IMG/VR virus record: IMGVR_UViG_3300016486_001578
Length of the DNA: 64,000 bases
Strand: one strand, 5' to 3'
From: a virus
Taxonomy: Duplodnaviria > Caudoviricetes
The notes beneath the pieces are model-generated. The model was not told where the DNA came from. It saw nothing but the letters and a program-made list of their open reading frames with translations, and did no database searches. The translations under genes and the position numbers were made by a program. Below are positions 20,250 to 30,830 of the stretch, one piece after another; position 1 is the first letter of the stretch; each line of letters starts with the position of its first letter.

Positions 20250-20627
20250 TTGACAGCAAAAAACAAAATAGTAATTATTATTACTACGTTGCTAATATTA
20301 GTCGCAACGATACTTTATTTCGTTAAATATAAAAGGCTACCAATGACAGCAGTTAAAACACCAGGACAAACACCTGGACAAAGTAATAGAAAATTTACAT
20401 TAGAAGACGCAACACCAGCTTTAAGACAAATTATAAATGAATATGGCCGAGAAATGGCCGAAAACGTGGAAAAAGTTTATAGGTGGGAAACGGCGCATTT
20501 TAAAAGTTCTCAATTTACCAATACAGGCAGCGCAGGTATGGAAGCCGCCTTACATTCAAAAGCCCCAAATTATGGCTGGAATCCTGCAAGCTGGATTAAC
20601 GACATTAACTCGGCGCCAATTGGATAG
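20250..20627 (+). CDS. membrane-anchored, possibly lysozyme-like protein, probably truncated (foreign block)
   Basis: N-terminal TM helix; VYRWETAHF resembles an ET catalytic motif. Confidence 0.45.
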   Translation: MTAKNKIVIIITTLLILVATILYFVKYKRLPMTAVKTPGQTPGQSNRKFTLEDATPALRQIINEYGREMAENVEKVYRWETAHFKSSQFTNTGSAGMEAALHSKAPNYGWNPASWINDINSAPIG

Positions 20628-20635
20628 AGGATCAA

Positions 20636-21328
20636 TTGGGTATAGAAAATATAAGTAACCAAGAATTAGAAAACTCAATTAGCGATACAAATACAATAAT
20701 AGAAGAACAAAACCCAGATTATGACATTAGAGTTGATAAATTAATATCTTTTATGGAAAATAAAAAATATAAAATTTATAGATCTAAAAATATACTAAAT
20801 ATACTATCTATGAGAGGAAAAGATAGTGGTGAAATAACAAATAGGTTTGATGAAAAAATGTTTGTTTTTTATATGGATGATTCAAATAATTGGAAATTAA
20901 ATGAATATGATATAACCACATTACCTGGTCTGATAATATCTAATGAAGAAAGAAGGCTACCGAATAATGTAAATTTATTATCTTGTGGTCAATACATAGA
21001 CCAGTGTTCTCTAAATTACTATAAAGGAGACCTTACACACAGATGTTTATCCTTTAATAATTCTACGGTATATATAAACAAAAGAACAGATAGATATGAT
21101 TATTCCTCACCAACCAAAACTGGTAATTTTGGAATATCAATACATAGATCCAGTAGTTCAGGAACATCCGAATTAGTTTATGACTACTCACAAAATGGTG
21201 ACCAAGTATTTAAAAACTATAATCAATTCAATCAATTTATTAAGCTATGCGAAAAACAAGAACTGATAAAAAATAATTTCACTTACACAATTTGTCTAAA
21301 ATCAGATTTTGATAGATTCTTAATTTAG
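20636..21328 (+). CDS. phage lysin-like domain, likely the original C-terminus of the gp5-like gene
   Basis: NILSMRG...NRFD...TTLPG...GQY...GISIH; no ATG start, frame open only from 20609. Confidence 0.5.
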   Translation: MGIENISNQELENSISDTNTIIEEQNPDYDIRVDKLISFMENKKYKIYRSKNILNILSMRGKDSGEITNRFDEKMFVFYMDDSNNWKLNEYDITTLPGLIISNEERRLPNNVNLLSCGQYIDQCSLNYYKGDLTHRCLSFNNSTVYINKRTDRYDYSSPTKTGNFGISIHRSSSSGTSELVYDYSQNGDQVFKNYNQFNQFIKLCEKQELIKNNFTYTICLKSDFDRFLI

Positions 21329-22926
21329 ACTATTGATAAATTATTCAATCCTAAATCACTATAGAATAAATTATTGGATTTTGGCAAAGATGCGTATGGC
21401 CCCTTAGTTGCCTTAGTCGGCCAGTATTCATAGTGCCACTCCTCTGTTGAAACTGTTCTAAGAAATCCAAATCTCCAACTGTTTTTGATTAACCAAGAGT
21501 ATATTTTGGGATCTAGTTTGCTATTTAGTTTACCTGTTCTAGTGCCAGTATTGAAATCAACTGCTATACCACTACCATGCTTTGATGTGCCTGCCCTTGC
21601 AGTAGCTGGGGAACATTTACCATTCTTACAGTTTTGATTATATAGTTCTTCTTGTGATTGAGCACTAACACTAACACCTGATTCTGATTTACCATCTATA
21701 TTAGGGTAGAACGCTGGTCGAAATCCAGAATTTAACCTCAAACTAACACCATCCTTTTTAGCCTCTTCTATCATATCCAAAACAGCATCGGCTATGTTAA
21801 CATTAACTGGTCTCCCATGTATTTGGCAACATCTAATAGAAGTCTTTGAGTTAGTTATGTAGCTATTTGGTATTAGATCTAACCTATGGTTTCCTTGAAC
21901 ATATGTCTCACTATTAATAATATTAGCATTGTTCTCAGTCTCAATAAATACCTCTTTGCTTGTATATTCTTGTATTTCTATTTCAGATTCTTCACGGCCA
22001 CTAAAATCCTCTTCAATGAACTCACCACTCAGTAAGTCCGAATCTTCCATATCACCAAAATCAAATCCATCAATAGTTGAATCTTTTGGTGGCTCGCCTA
22101 TATAAACTTTTATAGAAAAGTCTTCTTTTATTTTTAATACTAAATCAGATGGTATAACAACACTTATTTTTTCTTTGTTATTTTTACTCTCTTCTGGTAT
22201 CTCATTATCTAATTTATAATCTGGTAGATTTTCAGTTTCTAATGGACTAATATAATCTATCTCTTTACATGAGTAATTAATATTTTCACATAAGCTTAAT
22301 TCATAATTTGGTACTGAATATTTCCATTTCGTGATTATAGATTCTAATATTTTTAAATCTAAAATCAAGCCCGAATACTCTAAGTCTTTTTCAGATAAAT
22401 CATATTTAACTAATCCATAAGAAGTCATCATTAATTTATCATTACCATCTGGTGGTAAAATTTTAATTATTTTAGTTATGAATCCCTTTGTGCTAGTAGT
22501 CGCTCCTTTTTCTATATCCAACTCACCCCCTTCATCATCACTCCAAGATTTACCACCAACCGATGTATCACCATCATTCCAGGATATTATAACCTTAGAC
22601 CCATTATTTAAGTGATATTCGTCAAACCCATAGCTTCTTAGGATTGGCAAATTATCCTCCCAGGGGTCTTGTATTATACTAAAATTATTTCCTTGAGCTT
22701 TTTGTGTATTTAACCAAGATTCTACATATTTATTAACATCATCTAACCAAGTTTCATACCTCTTATTATATTTAAAATTTAAATCAAATTTTGTTTGTTT
22801 AGTAGCATATCCCTCATTAGATATTGTCATTATCGATATAAACCTATCTTTGCCCCTTTTTTGAATAGTTAATTTATAATTTTTTAAATTATCTATACCA
22901 AGTCTTATTGATTTTATATCTTCCAT
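21325..22926 (-). CDS. virion-associated protein with C-terminal M15/VanY-type peptidase
   Basis: SGFR...SKHGSGIAVDF...EEWHYEY zinc-ligand pattern. Confidence 0.8.
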   Translation of the reverse strand: MEDIKSIRLGIDNLKNYKLTIQKRGKDRFISIMTISNEGYATKQTKFDLNFKYNKRYETWLDDVNKYVESWLNTQKAQGNNFSIIQDPWEDNLPILRSYGFDEYHLNNGSKVIISWNDGDTSVGGKSWSDDEGGELDIEKGATTSTKGFITKIIKILPPDGNDKLMMTSYGLVKYDLSEKDLEYSGLILDLKILESIITKWKYSVPNYELSLCENINYSCKEIDYISPLETENLPDYKLDNEIPEESKNNKEKISVVIPSDLVLKIKEDFSIKVYIGEPPKDSTIDGFDFGDMEDSDLLSGEFIEEDFSGREESEIEIQEYTSKEVFIETENNANIINSETYVQGNHRLDLIPNSYITNSKTSIRCCQIHGRPVNVNIADAVLDMIEEAKKDGVSLRLNSGFRPAFYPNIDGKSESGVSVSAQSQEELYNQNCKNGKCSPATARAGTSKHGSGIAVDFNTGTRTGKLNSKLDPKIYSWLIKNSWRFGFLRTVSTEEWHYEYWPTKATKGPYASLPKSNNLFYSDLGLNNLSIV

Positions 22927-22946
22927 TATCTATTTATAAATAAATA

Positions 22947-23447
22947 TTATATCCCACCAACAGAAAACTTACCATTAGAAATTCTAACAGGAGCTCGTGG
23001 TGTTTCTAAAACCACTGGAGGTAAAGAATAATTATTGGATTTAAATTTCTCTCTGTCTTTGTCTTTTCTTGTTGATTTGTTTGGAACAATAATCTGTTCT
23101 CTTATACTTAACTTATCTTCTTCTAAAGTTGATAAACTTATTCTAAATTCACCAAAATTGGATATATTAGGAAATTTAAGGATCATTCCTTCCTTTATAG
23201 ATAGTGGATTATCTATATTATTTATATAGAGTAATATGTCTATATTCTCTAAATAGACACCAACTTCATTTGGTTCCAAATTATAAATATCTTGAAACAA
23301 TAGGTCTACTCTCATTTCATGTTCTCTTTTTACTTTATACTCGCCCGATATTTTATCTTCTCTGTATATAAAAGATGGTGTAGTTAAGTCATATAATTCT
23401 AAATCAGAATCATATTTAACATATTCATTTATTGATTTAAAATTCAT
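22947..23447 (-). CDS. baseplate wedge protein, gp53/LysM-like
   Basis: EMRVDL...INNIDNPLSIKEGMILKFP. Confidence 0.6.
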   Translation of the reverse strand: MNFKSINEYVKYDSDLELYDLTTPSFIYREDKISGEYKVKREHEMRVDLLFQDIYNLEPNEVGVYLENIDILLYINNIDNPLSIKEGMILKFPNISNFGEFRISLSTLEEDKLSIREQIIVPNKSTRKDKDREKFKSNNYSLPPVVLETPRAPVRISNGKFSVGGI

Positions 23448-23449
23448 AA

Positions 23450-25159
23450 TTATCCGTTTTCTTTGGTTGTTATTTTTATTCCATCTTTACCAACTCTAGC
23501 GTTGGATCCAGAATCACTAACAGTATTTCCAGAATCATCTCTTATATAATCCTTTATATCATCATAATATGTGTCATTATCACTAGATGTGAAGTTTGAT
23601 GTTATATAGTCCTTTCTAACATTAACAACCCTTAAATATCCTGTATTAAATTTTGCTAATATTTCTTGTAACCCAAGGTTTCTAGCATTTTTAAGTGTAA
23701 ATTCTATTGTTATATTTGATGGCAAATCATTAAAGGCTAAAGTAGGCCCCATCCTTAGAGTAAGGTTATCAGTATACATATCACCTGAGCAAAATATTGG
23801 TCTCAGTGGATTTCCGACTGTTATGTGCCAAGGAGTAGAGGGTAGACCAGATAATGAATGAGCTATACCCATTAATTCGACTCTATATTTCTCTATTGTT
23901 TTTTCTACACTCAAGACAATTTTATCAAATAAATCATTAGAATCCTTTTTTTTATCTTTTTCTTTATCTTTTTCTTCTTTTTCCTTTCTTTTTTGAGATT
24001 TCTTTCCTGCTCCCTTGTTTTCTTCACTACTACTCTCACTTGTTCCTAGTAAGGAGTTAACTATTTCATTCTTTAGATCTTTCAGTGATTCAGTTATAGA
24101 TTCTATAACTTTTGATATCAATATCTTTGTACCACCTGGTCCCGTCCATTTTTTTATATTTTCATCAAACTCTGGAGATAAGCCGTAATTATCACTATTT
24201 GAAGTACCAAAAGATAAAGCATTATTCATTATATCCATCCAAGCTATTGTTGGATCAATTCCTGATATAAACTTTTGCTCATACTCAACTTTAATTTTTA
24301 TAGATATCTTGGCCATTAGTCCAGATCCAGAGCTACCATAAGGTACTGTTTTTCTTCTCTTTGCTTCTTTTATTAAATTTGGATTACCGGACGGTAGTGG
24401 CTCATCACCATCTGGGCCTAATATCCCTAGGTTTGTCATTAATTGTCTTTGTATAACTTCCGTGAAGCCGGTCAATGGAACAACATTTAGTCCCTTACCA
24501 AGACCAGAACCCTTACCTCCAATTCCAAAATTACCACCTAGTTTATTTAAAACACTAGTAAAATCGGCATCAGCATCCTCCCATTCTTCTCCATATGTGA
24601 AGTCTATGAAATCTTCTTCTTCTGGTTTCCAAGATATTAATACCGCCAATGGTATACTACCACCTTTATCCATTATATTATCTTTTTGTGGTTCAGAAAA
24701 TCTCCTGGCTATCATTAATCTATTATTTGGATACACACCTAAATTTTTTAAGTATGCGAAATCTTGTGGCCTAAGTGATGCTTTTGGTGAAAATGATAAT
24801 TTCTCAATTATGTTAAGAACACTAGTATCATATACTTCATTACTATGTAGAGCGCTTCTATTTATGCCCTTATATTTCTCTGATCTACTTAGGCCAGTGG
24901 TTGTTTCGTCTGTTCCGGATTTTGCTATATTTGCCCAAAATTTTGGAATAGAACCACCAGTAAACAATGATACAGTAGAATCTAAATTATTACCACCAAC
25001 ACTTATATTGGTGCTTTGTTCTTTTGCTGAATTATATGAATTTATATTTATATCTCTGGAATCACCACCATTAAATGTTGACATTCCAGTTGAGGTTGGT
25101 CTACTCTTAACGCCTATTAATCCCAATGGGGATCCACCCAAAACAAAAGTATTAGCCAT
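23450..25159 (-). CDS. probable baseplate/tail-tube-associated protein
   Basis: Adjacent to gp53-like gene; PWHITVGNPLRP segment. Confidence 0.45.
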   Translation of the reverse strand: MANTFVLGGSPLGLIGVKSRPTSTGMSTFNGGDSRDININSYNSAKEQSTNISVGGNNLDSTVSLFTGGSIPKFWANIAKSGTDETTTGLSRSEKYKGINRSALHSNEVYDTSVLNIIEKLSFSPKASLRPQDFAYLKNLGVYPNNRLMIARRFSEPQKDNIMDKGGSIPLAVLISWKPEEEDFIDFTYGEEWEDADADFTSVLNKLGGNFGIGGKGSGLGKGLNVVPLTGFTEVIQRQLMTNLGILGPDGDEPLPSGNPNLIKEAKRRKTVPYGSSGSGLMAKISIKIKVEYEQKFISGIDPTIAWMDIMNNALSFGTSNSDNYGLSPEFDENIKKWTGPGGTKILISKVIESITESLKDLKNEIVNSLLGTSESSSEENKGAGKKSQKRKEKEEKDKEKDKKKDSNDLFDKIVLSVEKTIEKYRVELMGIAHSLSGLPSTPWHITVGNPLRPIFCSGDMYTDNLTLRMGPTLAFNDLPSNITIEFTLKNARNLGLQEILAKFNTGYLRVVNVRKDYITSNFTSSDNDTYYDDIKDYIRDDSGNTVSDSGSNARVGKDGIKITTKENG

Positions 25160-25213
25160 AGTATTTTTTGATATTTAATTATATATTAAAGGCACTACAA
25201 TACCTATGTTTGT

Positions 25214-25603
25214 TTAGTAATCTCTTATTATTTGTGATGCTGAAAATTTAGATAAATTTGATAAAACATTTGTTACTATATCAGGATTCTTTCTGAATTC
25301 GTTATAAAAAATCAATACATTGAAATTATTATCACCGAGTATTTTTTTGATATTTAATAGTTTTTCTATTGAGAAGTCATTATCAAAATCAGGCAAATAA
25401 TATATATCCTTCTCTTTTTCTATTGCTTGTTGGATTTTATTAAATATTAGTATTTTTAGATATGTTTTATCATTATTAAAATCCACATCCTCATCATCAA
25501 CTATTCGTCTTATATCGATGATGTATTTATTTTTTACTTTGTTTACTTTGATAAATTTATCAAATTTTTTTCTTGTTTTACAATAGACACAAAAGAACTG
25601 CAT
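25214..25603 (-). CDS. hypothetical protein
   Basis: 129-aa ORF. Confidence 0.6.
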   Translation of the reverse strand: MQFFCVYCKTRKKFDKFIKVNKVKNKYIIDIRRIVDDEDVDFNNDKTYLKILIFNKIQQAIEKEKDIYYLPDFDNDFSIEKLLNIKKILGDNNFNVLIFYNEFRKNPDIVTNVLSNLSKFSASQIIRDY

Positions 25604-25741
25604 TCAGGTGGTAATATTTTTTATTATATATCAAAAATATCTCCTCCCATCCTATTGCTCATCATTAATGCCTTATTAAAGATATCATCTATTTCAGTAT
25701 CTGATAAAAATTTGCAATTAACTTATTTAATATATATGTTT

Positions 25742-27127
25742 ATGAGGACATATTCGGATAAATTTTTAAATGAAAATGAAAAATTAAGAGACGCTGTTGT
25801 TGGAATAGAATTTGAGTTTTACACAAAGGATATTTCATATTATAAAACAATGGAAATATTAAATGATTATTTATACCCAGTAAAGGTTTGGGGATTTAGG
25901 CAATATCACTCAGATTTTAAACCAGATTCTAATAACTTCAAAATAGAGCCTGATTTATCTGGTGGTTCTAATATGGTTGAATTAGTAACGGGACCTTTGG
26001 ATTATTTAGATGCTAAATTTTATTTGATAAAAATAATGAAATTTATACAAGAGAATGGATATACAACAGATAAATGCTCGATACACTTTAATGTATCTTT
26101 CAAATCAGAAGATATGGACTTAAATAATATGAATATACTAAAGTTGATATTAGGCTTAGATGAGGACGAAATATATCAAGCTTATCCATCTAGAAAAAAT
26201 AATGTTTATGCTAAATCTATAAAACAAATAATACCATTTAAAGAATATGATTTTTTTAATATACCCATTTCTGTAGTTAAGAATAATATTAGACTACCGG
26301 ATGATAAATATTATGGAGTAAATTTTTTAAATATAACAAATCTAAGAAAAGATCAAAGGGTTGAATTTAGATATATTGGTGGGAAAGATTATGAGAAGAA
26401 CTTAGGACAAATAATTTATTTCATGGAGAAGTTTATAATTGATGTTAGTGATTCTATACAAAATGATTTTAATACAGATGATTTAGAGAAACTAAAGACA
26501 TATTTAGAAGATAACATAAGAGATTATAAGTCATTATCAAAATATGATAATTTTATAATTGAGTTTCCAAGTATAAATATACAAATAGATAAGGATGGTA
26601 GTTATGAGATGGTATCATCATATTATTATAAAATATATCAAAAAATATATGATATAGTTAACTCTACCGAAGATATAAAAGATTGTATAATAAACTACAC
26701 AACAGACACACAAGCAATAGAAATTGTTGATGCTGATATAAAAGGAGCAACAACAATAAAGGGCATAGAATTAATACACTGTAATGTAGAGGGTATATTT
26801 CTTGATTGTTTCTTTGTTGGGTGTGATGTTACAAATTCACAATTAACCAAATGTAAGTTTAATAATTCAGAAGCAATAAATTCAAAATTCTTAAATTGTA
26901 GTGTAGAATCTTCATTATTAATAAATTCATATTTTATGAATGGATATCTTAATGGTGATATGAATGGTGGTGTATTTAGATCTGGTAAATTGGGACCATA
27001 TGCTTCATTGGACGAGGATGTTAAGGTAGTAACCGACAATAATAATTTCTTTGATACAAAATATGATGAAGTGGATAAGGGAGATAAGGGTGATGTGTTG
27101 AAGTCTTATGGTAAGTATGCAAAATAA
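25742..27127 (+). CDS. putative amidoligase (COOH-NH2 ligase) with beta-solenoid-like C-terminus
   Basis: GIEFEF, EPDLS, ELVT, SIHFN, VEFR; start placed after TTAATATATA. Confidence 0.7.
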   Translation: MRTYSDKFLNENEKLRDAVVGIEFEFYTKDISYYKTMEILNDYLYPVKVWGFRQYHSDFKPDSNNFKIEPDLSGGSNMVELVTGPLDYLDAKFYLIKIMKFIQENGYTTDKCSIHFNVSFKSEDMDLNNMNILKLILGLDEDEIYQAYPSRKNNVYAKSIKQIIPFKEYDFFNIPISVVKNNIRLPDDKYYGVNFLNITNLRKDQRVEFRYIGGKDYEKNLGQIIYFMEKFIIDVSDSIQNDFNTDDLEKLKTYLEDNIRDYKSLSKYDNFIIEFPSINIQIDKDGSYEMVSSYYYKIYQKIYDIVNSTEDIKDCIINYTTDTQAIEIVDADIKGATTIKGIELIHCNVEGIFLDCFFVGCDVTNSQLTKCKFNNSEAINSKFLNCSVESSLLINSYFMNGYLNGDMNGGVFRSGKLGPYASLDEDVKVVTDNNNFFDTKYDEVDKGDKGDVLKSYGKYAK

Positions 27128-27177
27128 GCCATTATTGTTGGTTTGATTTTTAATATATAATAAAAATAATAATAGAT

Positions 27178-27402
27178 ATGAAAAAATTTATAGAATATCT
27201 AAAGGAAAATAATAGTGAAGTAAAAGCGAACTTAGGTGACCTCAGAGATGAGATTTATAATGCTGAGGATGTTATAGATGGAGTTTATAATAGTGAAGAT
27301 GTAAAATATTCTGACCTAACTGATATAAATAAAAGATATAAAAAACTATTAGCTGATATGAATGAATTTATTGAAGTATTAAATAGTGAAATTAATTCAT
27401 AA
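27178..27402 (+). CDS. small protein with CTS-like N-terminus
   Basis: MKKFIEYLKE; TTAATATATA at 27150-59. Confidence 0.7.
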   Translation: MKKFIEYLKENNSEVKANLGDLRDEIYNAEDVIDGVYNSEDVKYSDLTDINKRYKKLLADMNEFIEVLNSEINS

Positions 27403-27422
27403 AAATAATAATAATTTACAAA

Positions 27423-29309
27423 ATGAAGAAATATATAGAGTTTATAAATGAAGAAGTTGGTATGAAAAACATATCAAAATTAGCAAAATTACATAAAACT
27501 GCGGAAATTTATTTCCACAAAGATTTGGATGGAGTGACATCAGCGTTAGCTATAAAGGAATTTTTAAAAAATTATTATCAAATAGAAACAGTTGATAGCC
27601 ATGTTATACAATACGGAGGGTTAGAATATGCTATAAAAAATCACAAACCAGAAAATTTATCAGTTTTAGTTGATTTTGCACATGGTAAGCCAATGTTTCA
27701 TATACAATCTGATCACCACGATAAACAAGTTGGTGCCGAAGATACCGAATCAACATATTTTAAATCTGCTAGGTCTAATGTTGAGATTATATCAGGTGAA
27801 ATATCATATAGTGATATTTTTACAGATACTGATTTACAATTAATAAGAACAATTGACTCTGCTGATTTTTTCGCAAATGATATTAAACCAGAGGATGTAC
27901 AAAACTCTATTTTTAAATACCAAAAAGGTGATTCTGCAAAAAAGAATAGAACAATGATGGGTTTCACTGTTAATAGATTATTATTAGCATATAAAAATAA
28001 AAGAATATCACTTAAATCATTAGATGGTAAGAGAACTCATAATAATAGAAATATATTAGAGTGTTTGTTATTAGATTCGACTGCGAGTTTATATTCTATG
28101 TTTAATAACATAAGACACTACATAAACGTAGCCAAGACTACTGATAAGTTGGGTAGATTAGCTACTCCAGAAGAAATAAAAGTAAATTTATCAAATTATA
28201 TTGATAGAATGAAAAATTATAGCTTTGTTGAAGACTCATATGGAAGAACACACGAAATTAGTGGCGATGAGTTAAATGTGCTTAAAAACATAAACAATAA
28301 AAAAGAATCTGATTTACCTGGATTAGCCACAAAATTAAAATTACCATTAGAGAAAGTAAAAGAAATAATAGAAAAGTTAAAATCTAGTAAATATATTTTT
28401 TGGAGTGATAAAGGATCTAATTATTTTGTTGGAACCAACGGTGATAAAATCATACAAGGAAAGAAAGCAATAAAAGGGGTACACATGGATGATGATTATA
28501 ATATTTTAATGCAATATGGTGGAGGTAGTATGTTTAAACCAGGTTCTTATGATAGATACACACCTTTTAAAAATTACCCAGATTCAGAATTCTTGTGTAT
28601 AATATGGCCAATGGGTCTTATTCAAGTTTCTTGTAACCCATTCAAAGAAAAGGTATTAAAAGATATAAATCTAGGCGAAATGGCTAAAGAAGTTTTAGCA
28701 AAACACGAGCCTATGTTATCAAGATATTATATAGCACTAGAATCTGTTAAATATGAATTTGAGACATCACAAGATTGGAAAAAAATGAAAAAAGAAGAAG
28801 GTGAAGATTATCAAGGTGTCGGATTTAAATATTCTGATTTAGAAGCATTTTATTCTGATTGTGTTTATAAAAAAGAAGATGGTAAAATTCAAAATGTTGA
28901 TATAAATAATGACAAATTAAAGGATGCTATGAATACTATCTACGAAGATATGACATATGATCAAAAGAATTATCTAAAAGGTCTTAAAATTCCTGTTTGG
29001 GAAATAATAAAAAGAAATAGTGGTGGTCACCCATCAATAACAAATATATCTGGATTGAGCTTCTTAAAGTATAATAAACCAGTTATGAGTAGATTGTATA
29101 AAACAGAAAGTTATGTTGATGTTTTAAAAATGTTAGCAAGAGAACTTGTTGATAAACTAAAAGAAAAAATAGATGTTGTTAGATCCGGTGATAAGGTCTC
29201 ATACGATACCGCTGGTATTGAATTATTAGGAAGTGATACAAATGAATCTGTTAGTATTTCAAAAACAAAATCAAATATTATAAAATATTTTAATAAATAT
29301 GAGAATTAA
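27423..29309 (+). CDS. DHH-family phosphoesterase
   Basis: HKDLDG, VDF, DHH, C-terminal GGH. Confidence 0.75.
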   Translation: MKKYIEFINEEVGMKNISKLAKLHKTAEIYFHKDLDGVTSALAIKEFLKNYYQIETVDSHVIQYGGLEYAIKNHKPENLSVLVDFAHGKPMFHIQSDHHDKQVGAEDTESTYFKSARSNVEIISGEISYSDIFTDTDLQLIRTIDSADFFANDIKPEDVQNSIFKYQKGDSAKKNRTMMGFTVNRLLLAYKNKRISLKSLDGKRTHNNRNILECLLLDSTASLYSMFNNIRHYINVAKTTDKLGRLATPEEIKVNLSNYIDRMKNYSFVEDSYGRTHEISGDELNVLKNINNKKESDLPGLATKLKLPLEKVKEIIEKLKSSKYIFWSDKGSNYFVGTNGDKIIQGKKAIKGVHMDDDYNILMQYGGGSMFKPGSYDRYTPFKNYPDSEFLCIIWPMGLIQVSCNPFKEKVLKDINLGEMAKEVLAKHEPMLSRYYIALESVKYEFETSQDWKKMKKEEGEDYQGVGFKYSDLEAFYSDCVYKKEDGKIQNVDINNDKLKDAMNTIYEDMTYDQKNYLKGLKIPVWEIIKRNSGGHPSITNISGLSFLKYNKPVMSRLYKTESYVDVLKMLARELVDKLKEKIDVVRSGDKVSYDTAGIELLGSDTNESVSISKTKSNIIKYFNKYEN

Positions 29310-29625
29310 AAGAATAAACGAAGATTTTGAAGGAAAAGAGATTGATGAGAAATCAATAACCCATTCAAATGTAAGCGATTATAGAGGATTACCTCCGTTT
29401 GGATATGAATTTAGTTCAAGAAAACTAACTCAAAAAGCAAGGGGGTTCCTAAACGGTTATTGGACAATGACCGCCAATCTTAATGAGAAGAATCAAGAGA
29501 TATCAGAAGACTATAAACCAGGAGAATCTATCTCCGAATTTGATAGAAAGTGGAAATATAAATACATGAGTGGTCAGGCTCGGTTTCTAGGTGAACTAAA
29601 ACCATTTATTAGGAGAAAAAGATAA
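29299..29625 (+). CDS. hypothetical protein
   Basis: 108-aa ORF overlapping the upstream stop. Confidence 0.6.
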   Translation: MRIKRINEDFEGKEIDEKSITHSNVSDYRGLPPFGYEFSSRKLTQKARGFLNGYWTMTANLNEKNQEISEDYKPGESISEFDRKWKYKYMSGQARFLGELKPFIRRKR

Positions 29626-29628
29626 TAT

Positions 29629-30261
29629 CTATCCAGATATTATACTAGATATTTTATCATTTCTAATTTTTGATACATCTCTAAATGATATTTTATATGA
29701 GCAATAGTCACAATCATAAATCTTATAATATATTGTATGTATATTACCATCTATAACATAAAACATATTTTGTATTACATAAACTAAAGATTGTATAGAC
29801 CTATCAGTAACATAGATATCAATCTCATTTTTATGACTAATTATATTTGGTGATTCGTATATCTTAATACCGTTTAAGTTTTTCTTTATATAAAAGTATT
29901 GAGGAAACGGTCTGTTTGTATCACTTATAGATGGTCCAAATAAATTAGAATAACTTATTTGACAAAAAACATATTTACGTCCAATATTTAATTCTTCTAC
30001 CTTTTCCAAAAATGATTTTAATATATTTGTTTCTCTATCAAAGGCCAAATCAATTAATTCTGATTTATTTATCATCTGTAAGATACTTTTTTTGTATATT
30101 CCGGATATACATTCTATTATAAATTTAGGAGATATTTGATTATTATCTATTGATTTGGATATATAATGATCTGATGATGATATTATATCACCATCATATA
30201 GATATTTAAAATTACTAAAATTACTTTCTAATGTTTTTTTATACTCATCAAAGCTTTCCAT
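29629..30261 (-). CDS. hypothetical protein
   Basis: 210 aa; ends IRNDKISSII. Confidence 0.6.
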   Translation of the reverse strand: MESFDEYKKTLESNFSNFKYLYDGDIISSSDHYISKSIDNNQISPKFIIECISGIYKKSILQMINKSELIDLAFDRETNILKSFLEKVEELNIGRKYVFCQISYSNLFGPSISDTNRPFPQYFYIKKNLNGIKIYESPNIISHKNEIDIYVTDRSIQSLVYVIQNMFYVIDGNIHTIYYKIYDCDYCSYKISFRDVSKIRNDKISSIISG

Positions 30262-30342
30262 AAAATTTATATGGTTTATAATATCTTAGTTTTAATTAAA
30301 CAAAATTACTTTTTATAGTATAATATAAAAACAATATAAATT

Positions 30343-30780
30343 ATGATAGAAAATGGAAAATTAGTATCAGTTCATTATACCGGCAAACTTACCGACGGTA
30401 ACGCATTTGATACATCAGAAGGAAAAGACCCACTTAAGTTTCAAGTCGGCTCTGGTCAAATTATACCAGGATTTGAAAAGGCAATTATGGGAAAAAATGT
30501 TGGTGATAAAGTAACGATAAACATATCTTCTGATGAAGACGGATATGGCCCTATTAGAGAAGATCTAATAGTAAAGGTACCTAAGGACCAAATGCCAGGA
30601 GAAGTTGTTCCAGGTCAATCTTTAGAAGCACAGGGTGATGGTGAACAATCGATCAATGTCGTAGTTAAAGAAGTAAATGAGGATCACGTAGTAGTTGATG
30701 GGAATCATCCATTGGCAGGTAAAGATTTGATATTTGAAATCGAGATAATGAAAATCGAGGAATTACAAGAAGAAAATTAA
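30343..30780 (+). CDS. FKBP-type peptidyl-prolyl isomerase (SlyD/FkpB-like)
   Basis: VHYTGKLTDG..FDTS, IIPGFE, DGNHPLAGKDL. Confidence 0.93.
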   Translation: MIENGKLVSVHYTGKLTDGNAFDTSEGKDPLKFQVGSGQIIPGFEKAIMGKNVGDKVTINISSDEDGYGPIREDLIVKVPKDQMPGEVVPGQSLEAQGDGEQSINVVVKEVNEDHVVVDGNHPLAGKDLIFEIEIMKIEELQEEN

Positions 30781-30798
30781 TTTTCAATTAATTTAATA

Positions 30799-30830
30799 AA
30801 AAAAGACACTTAAAGCTAAGTGTCTTTTTT
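30799..30830. terminator. bidirectional intrinsic terminator
   Basis: AAAAAAGACACTTA-AAGC-TAAGTGTCTTTTTT between convergent genes. Confidence 0.75.

Noticed and set aside
15412-25178. Long antisense ORFs (15412-16146, 24462-25178; also 7749-8240)
   Set aside because: Shadows of real genes on the opposite strand, with no motifs.
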